Part shown: piece after piece, positions 48,001 through 60,000 of the stretch
How positions within the stretch are numbered: position 1 is the stretch's first letter
Layout: each line of letters opens with the position of its first letter
Source of the DNA: Amoebophrya sp. A120
Lineage: Eukaryota > Protista > Dinoflagellata
Direction: 5' to 3'
DNA: 64,000 nucleotides
Assembly: GCA_905178155.1 (NCBI GenBank)
Contig: CAJINV010000002.1
Coordinates: 4,527,538-4,591,537, forward strand
Made by a program: the position numbers and the translations under genes
The notes under the pieces: model-generated
Seen by the model: only the letters and a program-made list of their open reading frames with translations
What the model was told of the DNA's origin: nothing
Database searches by the model: none

Positions 48001-51000
48001 CATCACAAAGCCCTCTAAAAATCTGTCATGCTGGAGCATGCATCACAGACATCAAGGGTCATACAAAATATGCATGACAAACCTGGCAAGCTTCCAGACC
48101 CAGACACTTTTGCAGTTGATAGCACATGATGGATGACAACGCGGCCGCAGAGGAGCAAGCGGAGCAGGTATGAAAGTGCACAACTCGCCCTCCCCCTCAT
48201 TTGTCATGCAAAATACCCAATCCACCCATTGCCTCTTGGCACTGTTTGCATGGCAAGTCCTGGTAGCCCAGATCGCACTACACTCCAGTGCAAATTTGTG
48301 ATGCAAATCCGGCACTCTTGCTGATGCTTGTATTGCCTTTTATGCTAAACAAATGATGGGGAGGGGGAGTTGTGCACTGTCATAGCAGGACCTGGCAGAC
48401 GAAAAGCAAGCAGGAAGTAGTAGAACCTCTAGGAGTATTACAGGTGAAAATAAAGAGCAGGATGAAGCAGAAGAAATTGCCGCCGCGACTAACCAAACGA
48501 GTACTTCTACAGGGCTCGAGCATGCCGTCCAGCCGGTTACTGTCGTCACGAAGAGAAGCGAAAAGGACGTCGGCAGCGACTCAGATAGTAGCAGCACCGA
48601 GGAAGAGGAGGACGACGAACAAGACGATGCAGTTTTCTCGGCGGAGAAGTGCTACTTGTCGTACAACGAGAGAAGAGAGATGCTCGGCAGAAGCAAAAAG
48701 ACGAAAAGCTTTCTCCAGGAGGGATCGTCTGGATCTGGTACTACTAGAGCAAGTAGATCTAGAAGATCATCTTCTTCTCAAGGTCGTGGGAAAAACAAAA
48801 AGAAGAAGAAAAAGAAACCGAGATTCGCGGTCGAGGAGTGCCTCACGTACCGAGATCTGTACTCGGTCTGCGACCAGGGGACGGTGCACTGCAGCTTTGA
48901 CCAGGACATGCTGTTCCCAATCTGCATGTCGGCCATTGCCAATGTGGGCGCGGTATCCTGTGCAAAAGTATCGTGCTCTTACTAATTGCGTTTATGCATT
49001 ACAAACAAGGTCCGAGCACGGGGACAGAGTGGTCCCCGTGCGGCGACCTTCGTTCCGGCATTTGTCCGCGCGGTGGCACTGGGCAGGCAGGTCGCCTGCA
49101 GCTAGGTATCTCGGTGCGCCTTGCACTCACTGACCCGCGACGGGCCTGCGGACGCGGCCCCCTTGCTTGCGCGCACTAGGTTCATTAGCCTGCCGCGCGC
49201 AAAGATAAAAGTAAGAAACGAAGAAACTGGCGCGCGCCGGGTCTGGAGCCGGCCCCCAGGTCATGACGCGGCGACGGAGTCCCCGCACTGCCCTAGGGCT
49301 TTTCTCTGCCCCTTCCATCCTTGGCCGCGCGGTGTGGTGTCCGGGGAGTGTTCCTTCGCAGCTAGCCCCTAGCCATGACGCGGGGACCGAGTCCCCGCGC
49401 TGGCCTAGGGCTTTCGCCCCTTGGCCGCACGGTGCCCAGGAAACGCTCACAGCTGGCCCCTAGGCCATGGCGCGGGGACCGAGTCCCCGCGCTGGCCTAG
49501 GGCTTTCGCCCCTAACTTGGCCGCACGGTGTCGCCGGGGAGCGCTCGCAGCTAGCTGGCCCCTAGGCCATGGCGTCAGTCGGAGGGCCCCGGGGCCATTT
49601 TGGGCGCTAAAAAATTGCTAAATTTTGCGCGATTTTTAAAAAACCCGGAAGCCGGCGCGTGATGAAGGGCGCCGCCTTTTCCAAGCCGGCCCCGTTTGGG
49701 CATTGGTGGCGGGTGGTTGCCTGCCCCGCCCCGGTAGCTGCGCGCAGGGGGCCCGCGTAATATTTCGCGCGCTCTCGGGCCGCCTCCCCTCCGCCCCCGA
49801 GAGGCTTCGCGCGGGGCCGCGTTGGTTTTCGGGTTTCGCTGATTTTCCGCAGCCGCGAATTCCTTGCGTTGTCCGTTTCCTTTGTGGGCCACCGGGGCGC
49901 CCGGCCTTGGCAAGCATCACGCCGGCGGGCGGCCTGGCGAGCGCGGCCCCCCGTGTCTTTCCCGGCTCGGGCCCGATGGGTGCCCGATGTCGGTAGGAGG
50001 TTGCTCTGCCCCGGGTATTTTTTGGGTCCCGGCGCCGGGGATGTTTCGGCCCTTTGGTTAGCAGAAGGCGCGCGACCAGAGTCGCGCAAAAGGTCCGGGC
50101 ACAACCATTGTCGCATCCTTCGCGAACTGCTAAAACGGCCGCTAAATCCGGACCACAGGCGTTTTGGGAAGGATTTTGCGTTTTCGCAGGTTTTGCGGAA
50201 GGTCCCGGGCCCTTCGCGGACCGTACCGCCGCCCTTCTCCAGCAGAAATTTAGCAGGGTTTTTAGCAGGCATTTTTAGCACCCAAATTTAGCAGGATTTT
50301 TAGCAGGGATTTTTAGCACCCAAATTTAGCAGGTTTTTTAGCAGGATATTTAGCACCCCAAAAATAGCAGCATATTTAGCAGCAAAAATAGCAGGCATTT
50401 TAGCAGGTCCTAAAATTTGCCGTGTATTCGGGACCTCGCGGTCGTGTTCTCTGCAATGGCCGAAAGAATGCCGGCTAAGGTTTTGCATCGGGGGCGTGGC
50501 TCCTTAATGAAAAAGGGGCGAGCCGGCTCCTTTGATTTTGGGGCCGCGGCAGTGGGTTATCTGGCTCGGGCCGCGGGGTGTGTCGTTCCTTGTGTTGCGC
50601 ACCCAGTACCGAAACCCGGCGCCCCACCGCGCCCCCGCCGGGCGCCTCTGTTGCCGCCCTAGCGCCGTTCCTTGGGAAGGGTTCTGGCTTGGCACTTTGA
50701 AAAAATAAGACAAAAAATAGCGCGAATTTAGCAGGCCCAACCGCCCCGGGCCCTCCGACCGAATGGCGCGGGGACCGAGTCCCCGCGCTGGCCTAGGGCT
50801 TTCGCCCCTTGGCCGCAAGGTGTCCGGGAAGCGCCCGCAGCTGGCCCCTAGGCAATGACGCGGGGACAGAGTCCCCGGCCGCGCGCGCTGGCCTAGGCAG
50901 GGCTTTCGCCCTTTGGCCACACGGGGCCACGAGAAGTGCTGCGAGCTAGCCCCTAGGCCGTTGCGCGGGGACCGAGTCCCCGCGTTGCCCTAGGGGTTTC

Positions 51001-54000
51001 GCCCCGCCCTTGGCCGCGCGGTGTCCGGGAAGGATGGAAGCGCGCACAGCTGGCCCCTAGGCCATGACGCGGGAACCGGGTCCCCGCGCTGGCCGAGGGC
51101 TTTCGCCCCTTGGCCACACGGATTCACGGGGAGTGCTGCCTCCAAGCTTGCTAGCCCCTAGGCCATGGCGCAGGGAACGGGCCCCCGCGCTGGCCTACGG
51201 CTTTCGCCCCTTGGTCGCACGGTGTCCGGGACGCGCTCAGTCACAGCTGGCCCCTAGGCCATGACGCGGGGACCGAGTGCCCGCGCTGGCCTAGGGCTTT
51301 CGCCCCTTGGCCGCACGGTGTCCGGGAAGCGCTCAGTCAGACCTGGCCCCTAGGCCATGACGCGGGGACCGAGTCCCCGCGCTGGCCTAGGGCTTTCGCC
51401 CCTTGGCCACAAGATGTCCGGGAAACGCCCACAGCTGGCCCCTAGGCCATGACGCGGGGACCGAGTCCCCGCGCTGGCCTAGGGCTTTCGCCCCTTGGCC
51501 ACATCGTGTCCGGGAAACGCCAACAGCTGGCCCCTAGGCCATGACGCGGGGACAGAGTCCCCGCGCTGGCCTAGGACGTTCGATCGCCCCTTGGCCGCAC
51601 GGCGCCCGGGAAGCGCTCACAGCTGGCCCCTAGGCCATGACGCGGGGACCGAGTCCCCGCGCTGGCCTAGTGCTTTCGCCCCTTGGCCGCACGGTGCCCG
51701 GGAAGCGCCCAAAGCTTGCCCCTAGGCCATGACGCGGGGACCGAGTCCCCGCGCTGGCCTAGGGCTTACTTTCGCCCCCCCCTTGGCCAAGCCGTGTCCG
51801 GGTAACGCCAAAAGCTGGCCCCTAGGCCATGACGCGGGGACCGAGTCCCCGCGCTGGCCTAGGACTTCCGCCTCTTGGCCGCACGGTGTCCGGGAGGGAA
51901 GCGCCAAAAGGTGGCCCCTAGGCCATGACGCGGGGACCGAGTCCCCGCGCTGGCCTAGGGCTTTCGCCCCTTGGTTGCACGGTGTCCGGGAAGCGCTCAG
52001 TCAGAGCTGGCCCCCAGGCCATGACGCGGGGACCGAGTCCCCGCGCTGGCCTAGGGCTTTCGCCCCTTGGCCGCAAGATGTCCGGGAAACGCCCACAGCT
52101 GGGCCCTAGGCCATAACGCGGGGGCCGAGTCCCCGCGCTGGCCTAGGATTTTCGCCCCTTGGCCACATCGTGTCCGGGAAACGCCAACAGCTGGCCCCTA
52201 GGCCATGACGCGGGGACCGAGTCCCCGCGCTGGCCTAGGACGTTCGCCCCTTGGCCGCACGGCGTCCGGGAAGCGCTCAAAGCTGGCCCCTAGGCCATGA
52301 CGCGGGGACCGAGTCCCCGCGCTGGCCTAGGGCTTTCGCCCCTTGGCCGCACGGTGTCCGGGAAACGCCCAAAGCTGGCCCCTAGGCCATGACGCGGGGA
52401 CCGAGTCCCCGCGCTGGCCTAGGGCTTTCGCCCCCCCCTTGGCCACGCCGTGTCCGGGAAACGCCAACAGCTGGCCCCTAGGCCATGACGCGGGGACCGA
52501 GTCCCCGCGCTGGCCTAGGACTTCCGCCCCTTGACCGCACGGTGTCCGGGACGGAAGCGCCCACAGGTGGCCCCTAGGCCATGACGCGGGGACCGAGTCC
52601 CCGCGCTGGCCTAGGGCTTTCGCCCCTTGGCCGCACGGTCTCGCGTGGCAGACTGGACGTCGGGCCCAAACCTCATACGACAAAGTCCGAAAGTTTGGCC
52701 GGGGTGTGTCCGAAAGTCTGCCCGGGGTGTGTCCGAAAGTCTGCCCGGGGTGTGTCCGGGGTGTGTCTGGGGTATGTTCGGACTTTATGCCTGGGGTATG
52801 TTCGGGGGTCTGTCTGGGGTATGTCTGGGGTGTGTCTGGGGTGTGTCTGGGGTATGTTTATACCCCACCTGTTGGCTTTTCGGCAAAATATTGTAGTCCG
52901 CCCGTGATTGAGGAGCATTTGCATACCCCTGACACACCCCCGAACACACCCCCGAACATACCCCTCGCATGCATTTTTGACCAGCTGCTGCAGTTTAGAT
53001 AGTAATCTTTTTTTCAAGGCAAATCCGCATTACAAATTCAATTTGTAATGCTAAGCCAATTTGTGATGCATTTATACGAGTACGATACTTTTGCAGTTCA
53101 TACGCGGAGGCAACCTTTGACGAGACCACTGGGGTCCGCCGCGCGGAGCCAGCCTATGAATTGCAAATATGTCTGGGTGTGAAAGAATGCCGAACTTGTC
53201 ATGCAGGTTTTCCATGGCCCATAAGGTCTGATATGTAGGACATAGCATGACAGATTCTGTGAGAGTTCTACCATGCCTATCCTGCATGAGAAACTGCCTG
53301 TCGGTTAGGTCAAAAGTGGACAGCATTTGGTAATCGTGCAACACAGATTTTTGCATGATTCAGTGTTAGCATGACAAGTTGCAGAGTTCCAGACCCAGAC
53401 ATATTTGCAATGCATACAGTCACTTGGCTAGCGATCTCGCATGTGTTAAAGAAACAGAACGTGTACTCCATCTCGCACATGAACAGCCTGGTCCTGGAAA
53501 CCTTGCTGGATTCCCGGGTGTGGGCGTTGGGGAAGCAGCGGTTTGGCCGAAGGGCCTTCGAAAAGTACTTGGGGATTATGTCCCGGGCCGTTTCCCCCAT
53601 GCGGCTCCTTTGTCCGGCCAGCATGGTGATGCGCCACGACGCGAAGCAAGGCTCGACGCAACTGATGCACGAAAAGGTGCGAAACCGGGTCCGCCTGTAC
53701 GGTGCGCGCACGATGAAGACGATGATGTATACGATTCTGCTGTCGATTATGGAGGAGCTGGTCTTCAAGTTTGCCTTGTCGTTCGTGGGGGCTGCCGTTT
53801 TGCTGGTATGCATTGCAAATGTGTCTGGGTCTGGAAGGATGGAACTTGTCATGCTGCGTCTCGATCACAAAGAAATCTGTGTTGCATGAACGCCAAGAGC
53901 TGCCTAATTCTCGCTAGGCAATAAAAGGCCGGCCTCTCATGCGGAATAGGCATGAGGAAGGTCGCGCAGAATTTGTTATGCTTTTGTGTGCATGCCAGAC

Positions 54001-57000
54001 CATGCGTGCGGTCCGCGAGATACATGACAAATCTCACACTCCTCCAGACGCAGATATATTTGCATTTGATTGCTGGCTAGTCCCAACGACCCCATCACAC
54101 AGCTCACCATGCGCGGCATATGGGATTCTCAAACGTTCCAGTCTCAACTGTTACATGATTTTTTGTCATGCAAAATGAGCATCAACATCCACAAGATGAA
54201 GCTACTTCGCATGACAAATTTTGGACAGGCTAGACAGCGCCTAAACCTGTGCGGAATTTGTAATGCTACAGGTGTAGCGCCCTCCCTGCTTTGACTTTTG
54301 CCATTCTTGCATCACAAAATCATGTACCGCTTGAGAATGTAACAGTTGAGAACGCCATACGGCATCCACCAAGGCTGGGACGTGGCCACGCAGCACAATG
54401 TATCCAATGCAACTATGTCTGGGTCTGGAAGAATGCAAGTTTGTGATGCTTCATGCTTGTCTCACATAACTCTTGAACCTGTAATGCGTGAGCAGGAAAA
54501 GAACCTTTTGCCTGTCATGCAAAAACGTAGTTTGTCATGCGGAAAGCGAATCACAAAGAAGGAGCCCAGAAACTTGTCATGCGTGGCTGGCTATTGCAGT
54601 GTCAGTCCCCACTACAATTCATAAATTAGCATCACAAAAAATTTCCAGATCCAGACGTATTTGCAATGCATACAATGTCGGCGCGGGCGGAGAGCTGCTG
54701 CGGGGCGCCGCGCACAGCCACCTATGAGTTGCAAAAGCATCGTATCGTATGAATGCAATACAAATTTCATCTTCAGCATGATAAATGAAATTTGTAATGC
54801 GGGTTTACCTTGAGAAAAAGATTTGTAGTTGCAAGACTTGCATTTATACGAGTACGATACTTTTGCACAGGATACCACCTGCCATCCACCTACACCAACG
54901 GGGCTGCCGGCGCGACGGGGGGTGGTGCATCTTCACAGGCGGCCGCCATCCCGGGGATAGACCATCAAAACGCCCACGACTTATACAGTGGGGCCTCCGC
55001 GGTCCCCCTATGAATTGCAAAAGTATCGTAGTACTCGTATAAATGCATTACAAATTTCCTCAGCATGAGAAATAAAATTTGTAATGCGGATTTACTTTAT
55101 AGAAAAAGATTTGTAATGCATGACTGCGCATACGAGTGCGATACTTTTGCACAGGATACCCCCACCCCCACCACGATTACGGTATGATGGCGCTGCACGG
55201 GGTATCCTAAGTAAAAACGTACCCACCTCAGAGTTGTCATGCAAATGCGCAATGACAGGAACATTTGTAATGCGCATCTCCGTGAGAGTCATTTCCAATT
55301 GTGTTTTGGCATTTGTCATGCTGTAAACAGCATGAGAAGGTGGGTTTGTCATGCGGCATCCCTTGCCAACCACCACTACGCTGCAGATGGAAACTTGTCA
55401 CGCACCGCTCCCAAGAAAACTTCGGGGATTTGTGTTGCAGATTTACCAACTTGACGATGGGGCGAGGACATTTTTGCTCAGGATACGGGGCCCACGCGCC
55501 CACCGCTCACGGGTTCGCCAGTGGCCACGCCACTGCGGCCCTGGGTGCCGCTCATCATGGTGGCGCTGCAACATTGGCACAGGGCGGCGCCGGGCTGAAG
55601 GTATCCACCGTAAATTTCCAGTACACGTACAGATGCAGTCCCTCCATGACAAAACTTGGCTTCGGTCCTAGGTTAGCATGACAAGTTTTACACGTACAAA
55701 TTGGTGAAATTTGTGATGCATCTTGTACATGTACGGGAAATTTGTATTGCATAGAAGGTTGCAGCTTTGCACAAGGGAGCGGCGTCGTCGTTGGCGGGTC
55801 ACAGCGGCCTGTACCACGGGAATTTTCTGTATAATCTGATTCAGCACAGCTTTCAAACTTCGGGGGTGATGATGTCGATCGGGCTACCGGTCCCCATCCT
55901 GACCGGGATCACCTGGGTCTCGGTGTTGATCGCCGTGTCTGTGGTCCAGAACCTGCTGATGCGGCTGAAAATGTCGATTCTGGAGCTATCGATGGGGCGG
56001 GACGACTTTCACTTAACTTTGAAACGGTCCGGGTTTCGCTCCATCAGAAAGCGCGTGCACCTCCTATGCATTGCAAATATGCCTGGGTCAGGAAGATTGC
56101 GAGATTTCTCATGCTAGTTTGGCATGACTCTGAACTCTGTATTGCGTGGCCACGAAGACCTCCTCTTCTCTGTCATGCAAAAACGATGTTTCTCATGCGG
56201 AATACGCAACACAGAGCCACAAGAAAATCTGTCATGCTTGGCGGTGCATTACAGTGCGCTTTCTGGTGTTCACTGACATGCATCACAAGTAGTTTCCAGA
56301 CCCAGACATATTTGCGCTTGATACCTCCGCACGCGGCACCACGAATACGACAGGGAGGGGAACTATGAGAGTGCACAACCCCCCTTCCCCCTCATTTGAA
56401 TTTGTACGGCCTGGCCAGCAATACAAGCGCCAGCAAGAATGCAGGTTTTGCATGACAAAAAATTTGCTCAGGAGTGTAGTGCTATTTGGGCTTCCACCAG
56501 AATTTGTCATGCATAGTAGTGACACGAGGGAAACAAGCGTGGAGTTGGTATTTTGCATGAGAAATGAGAACGAGGGGGTGGAGTAGTTGTAGTGCACTCT
56601 CATAGGAACTTGCTGGATGCCAATGGGAGACCGGTCCCACATATCAACTGCAAAAATGTCTGGGTCTGGAAGATTAGAACTTCCCTTGCTAAATCTAAAT
56701 GATGCAAAAATCTGTATTGCGTGAGTGGCAAAAGCTGTGCCCTTTTGACCAAGTTGAGCGGTAGTTTCTCATGCAGGAGAGGCATGATAGAGACCTCAGA
56801 GAATCTGTCATGCTGTTTCTCGCATTCCAGACCTCATTGGTCATGGAAAACCTGCATCACAAATCTTGCATTCTTCCAGATCCAGACCCAGACACGTTTA
56901 CACTTGATACCACACCACGAGGCCGAGGCGCACCGTCGAACTGTATCAAATGCAAATATTTCTGGCTCCGGAAGAGGAGAAGTTTGTCATGCACATTTTC

Positions 57001-60000
57001 CATGATTCGTGATGTCTGTGATGTATGCCTTAGCGTCACAGATTTTTTGAGCGCTTCTCGATGCGCATCCCGCATGACAAATTATGCCCTCCCCGCGTGG
57101 CCAAATTTGACGCCCCTTGCTGCTCATGCAATACAGATTTTTTTTAACATCCAAATGCAGCATCACAAGTTGCACTCTTCCAGACCCAGATCGATATTTG
57201 CAATGCATCAACTGCGGAAGCACACAACTTCGGCTTCCACCACGAGGCCAAGCACTTCATATGACAGCGCACAACTCTCCCTCATTTGTCATGCAAAATA
57301 CCTAATTCACGTCTTGTCTTTATTTAAGCACTCTACGCATCCGCATGACCAGTTCAAGTTTTGGACGCCCAAACAGGACTACAATCCATTTACAACGGAT
57401 TTGTCATGCAAAAGCTGCACTTGTGGCATTGCTTCTGTTGCTGCTCATGCTATGCAAACGAGGGGGAGGGGTAGTTGTGCACTCTCATACTTCAAGCACC
57501 ACAAGCACAAGAAGTATCACAAGCACCTGAGTAGGAAGAAACAGCAAGCGATGGATGACAAACAGGAGCACAATTACGATTACATCCACGACAGCGAGGA
57601 AGATTTCGATGGTATCCGGTGTAAAAATAACGTCCCCACGACCCTGTAGTTGTCATGCAAATCTGCATACGCAAAATGTTTCTCATCATGCGGAGCCCCA
57701 TGAGAAGCATTTTCTAGTCGTGTTTTGGATTTTGTGATTCTCGAAGCAGCATGATGTGCTAGATTTGTGATGCTGCAGCACTAGCTAAACGCGATTAATA
57801 CATTGCGAGCCCAAACTTGTCATGCGAAACAGCCAAAGCTTGTTGATTTGTCTTGCAGATTTCATCCCAACTTAGCTATGGGGTGAGGACGTTTTTCTGG
57901 AAGATAGGTGCCGGACCAGTGAGAGGGTTTCAGCTGGACCGGTTGTTTTCGCCCGCCACGCGCGCGTGGCGAAAAACGATGGAGTTCAAGGACTACCTAT
58001 CAGCTGAAAAAATGTCTGGGTCTGGAAGAGTCGGGGCTTGTTGTCATGCACATTTTGCATGACCCGGGAGGTCTGTGATGCTGGTGCTAGCATCACATAT
58101 TTTTTGAGAGCTTCTCTTCTGGATGCTACTTACGCATGAGAAATGCCCTTTCCGCGTGCCAAGAACTGACTCCTCTTGCTGCTCATGCAACACAGATATT
58201 TTTACAATCGTCCGCAGAGAGCATTACAAGTTCCACTCTTCCAGACCCAGACATATTTGCAACCCATACTACCTCCTCGGCAACAATGTCACAAGACACG
58301 GCGACCACGAGAATACCCAGGATGAGCGTATAACCCGCTCAGATGTTACAATCTCAAACGTTACAATAGAGCCTGGAATTTGTCTTGCATGATGAGCATG
58401 ACGGAATCGCAGAGCATTCCACTTTCTGCAGTACAAATTTCGCCAGGTTCTAGTGCGGTTTGGGGCTCCGAAACTTGTCATGCGCAATCCTGTGAGAGTA
58501 GGTTAGCTCCTGCACTTCTTGCATCACAGCTTTCCATATTCTATTGCAACGCTGGAGATTGTAACGTTTGAGCAAGTTATAGAACGGGGCCACCAAAACC
58601 CCTACGGTTTGGAGGAGACCCACGCCCTGAAAGAACTGGAAACAAACGAGGAGCTCCGCGATATCCTGAGCAAAAACTACGTCCCCAGCCAAGAGTTGTC
58701 ATGCAGATTTTTCATTGCAGAAGCATTTGCAATGCGCATCCTCACAAGAGGCATAATTTTCAGTCGTGCTTTGGAACTTGTAATACTGTAAACAGGATAA
58801 GGAGATGGATTTGCTATGCGGTTCGCCTTGCTAAACCGCACGGCCCTGCAGCCTACAACTTGTCATGCGTCACTCTCAAAACTTCCAGTTTTGTGTTGCA
58901 AAATCTCCATCTTGACTCTCGTGTGGGGGCGTTTGTATTCAGGATACGCGACCACCGGTATTTCCGCCAGCCCAGTGCCTTCCAGCGGCATTTCGTCAAG
59001 GAGAATTCGATGCTGAGCCGGTATCAAAAGGAAAAATCCCCCCTCCCCATATCAAAACGAAATTTCTGATGCTGGATTTGGATACACAAAACACATTTGT
59101 CGCGCAGCAGAGAACTGCAGGCATATGCCCAGCCTGAGGCGAGAGGTTTTGACGTACGTTCCTAGCATGACAAATGTCTATGCTGTAGGCCAAACAGCAT
59201 CACAAACCGCCTACATAGTTCGGCGGACTCTCTAGAGTTGCCTTCTCGCAAGACAAACAGGATTTGCGGTCACAAATCTGCATCACAAATTTTCAGGCGC
59301 GTTCGTTTTCAATATGGGTAGCCGGGATTTTTCCTTACGATAGCCGGCTTACCGTGCCCTGGTGGGTGAGCGGCACTACCACACTGGAAGAGCTGCGGCG
59401 GAGCTATCACAAGGCGGCGCCGGTCACCCTGAAACTGGCGGAACAATACCTGGCCTGGCGTCTGCCGCTTTCCATTCGCGAATTCGGCACAGAGGATTAT
59501 GTCTTGCACCAGATTCGCATACCGCAGCAAGATGTGTGGACCAAGCTCTGCCCCGTCCGTCAACACTTCATGGACAAACTGTGGGAGCGCAACTATCGTA
59601 AGAAAACCTTCCCCCTCCCCGTATCGAAAAGCAAGCCACAGAAAATTTGCAATGCTGCTTTGTGACCGCAGGTCGTCTCTGTAGTCTTGCAAGGAGGCAA
59701 CTCCATAGGCCCCGCCACATTATGCAGGTGGTTCGTGATGCTGTTGGGCCTACAGTGTGGACATTTGTAATGCCGGGGCCTATGTCAAAACATCGCCGCC
59801 CGGGGTTGGCATATGCCTGCAGTCCTCTACTGCAAGACAGCTCTGATCTGTATGCGCAAATCCAGCATCACAAGCGTCCTTCTCGATATGGGGAGGCGGG
59901 ATTTTTCCTGTTGATGGCAACGCGGTGTCCGCCAAGTTTTACGTCCGGAAAACGCGGAACGCCTTCCAATCTGAGCAGGCGAAGGCGAGGGCAGAGGCCG

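Larger units (their letters stand above)
49250..52640. repeat. GC-rich tandem satellite, ~85-90-bp unit, about 25 units, with palindromic core CCTAGGCCA-TGA-CGCGGGGAC-CGA-GTCCCCGCG-C-TGGCCTAGG; interrupted at 49575-50762
   Basis: Repeated units at 49250-49574 and 50763-52640. Lies inside introner 48954-53102. Confidence 0.92.

Noticed and set aside
51260-51460. Hammerhead ribozyme (retrozyme) in the satellite minus strand
   Set aside because: GAAA is present, but there is no intact CUGANGA box or NUH cleavage triplet in the required positions.
50763-52640. CRISPR array (palindromic repeats with intervening segments)
   Set aside because: The intervening segments are variants of one sequence rather than unique spacers. 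There are no cas genes, and the context is a eukaryotic intron.
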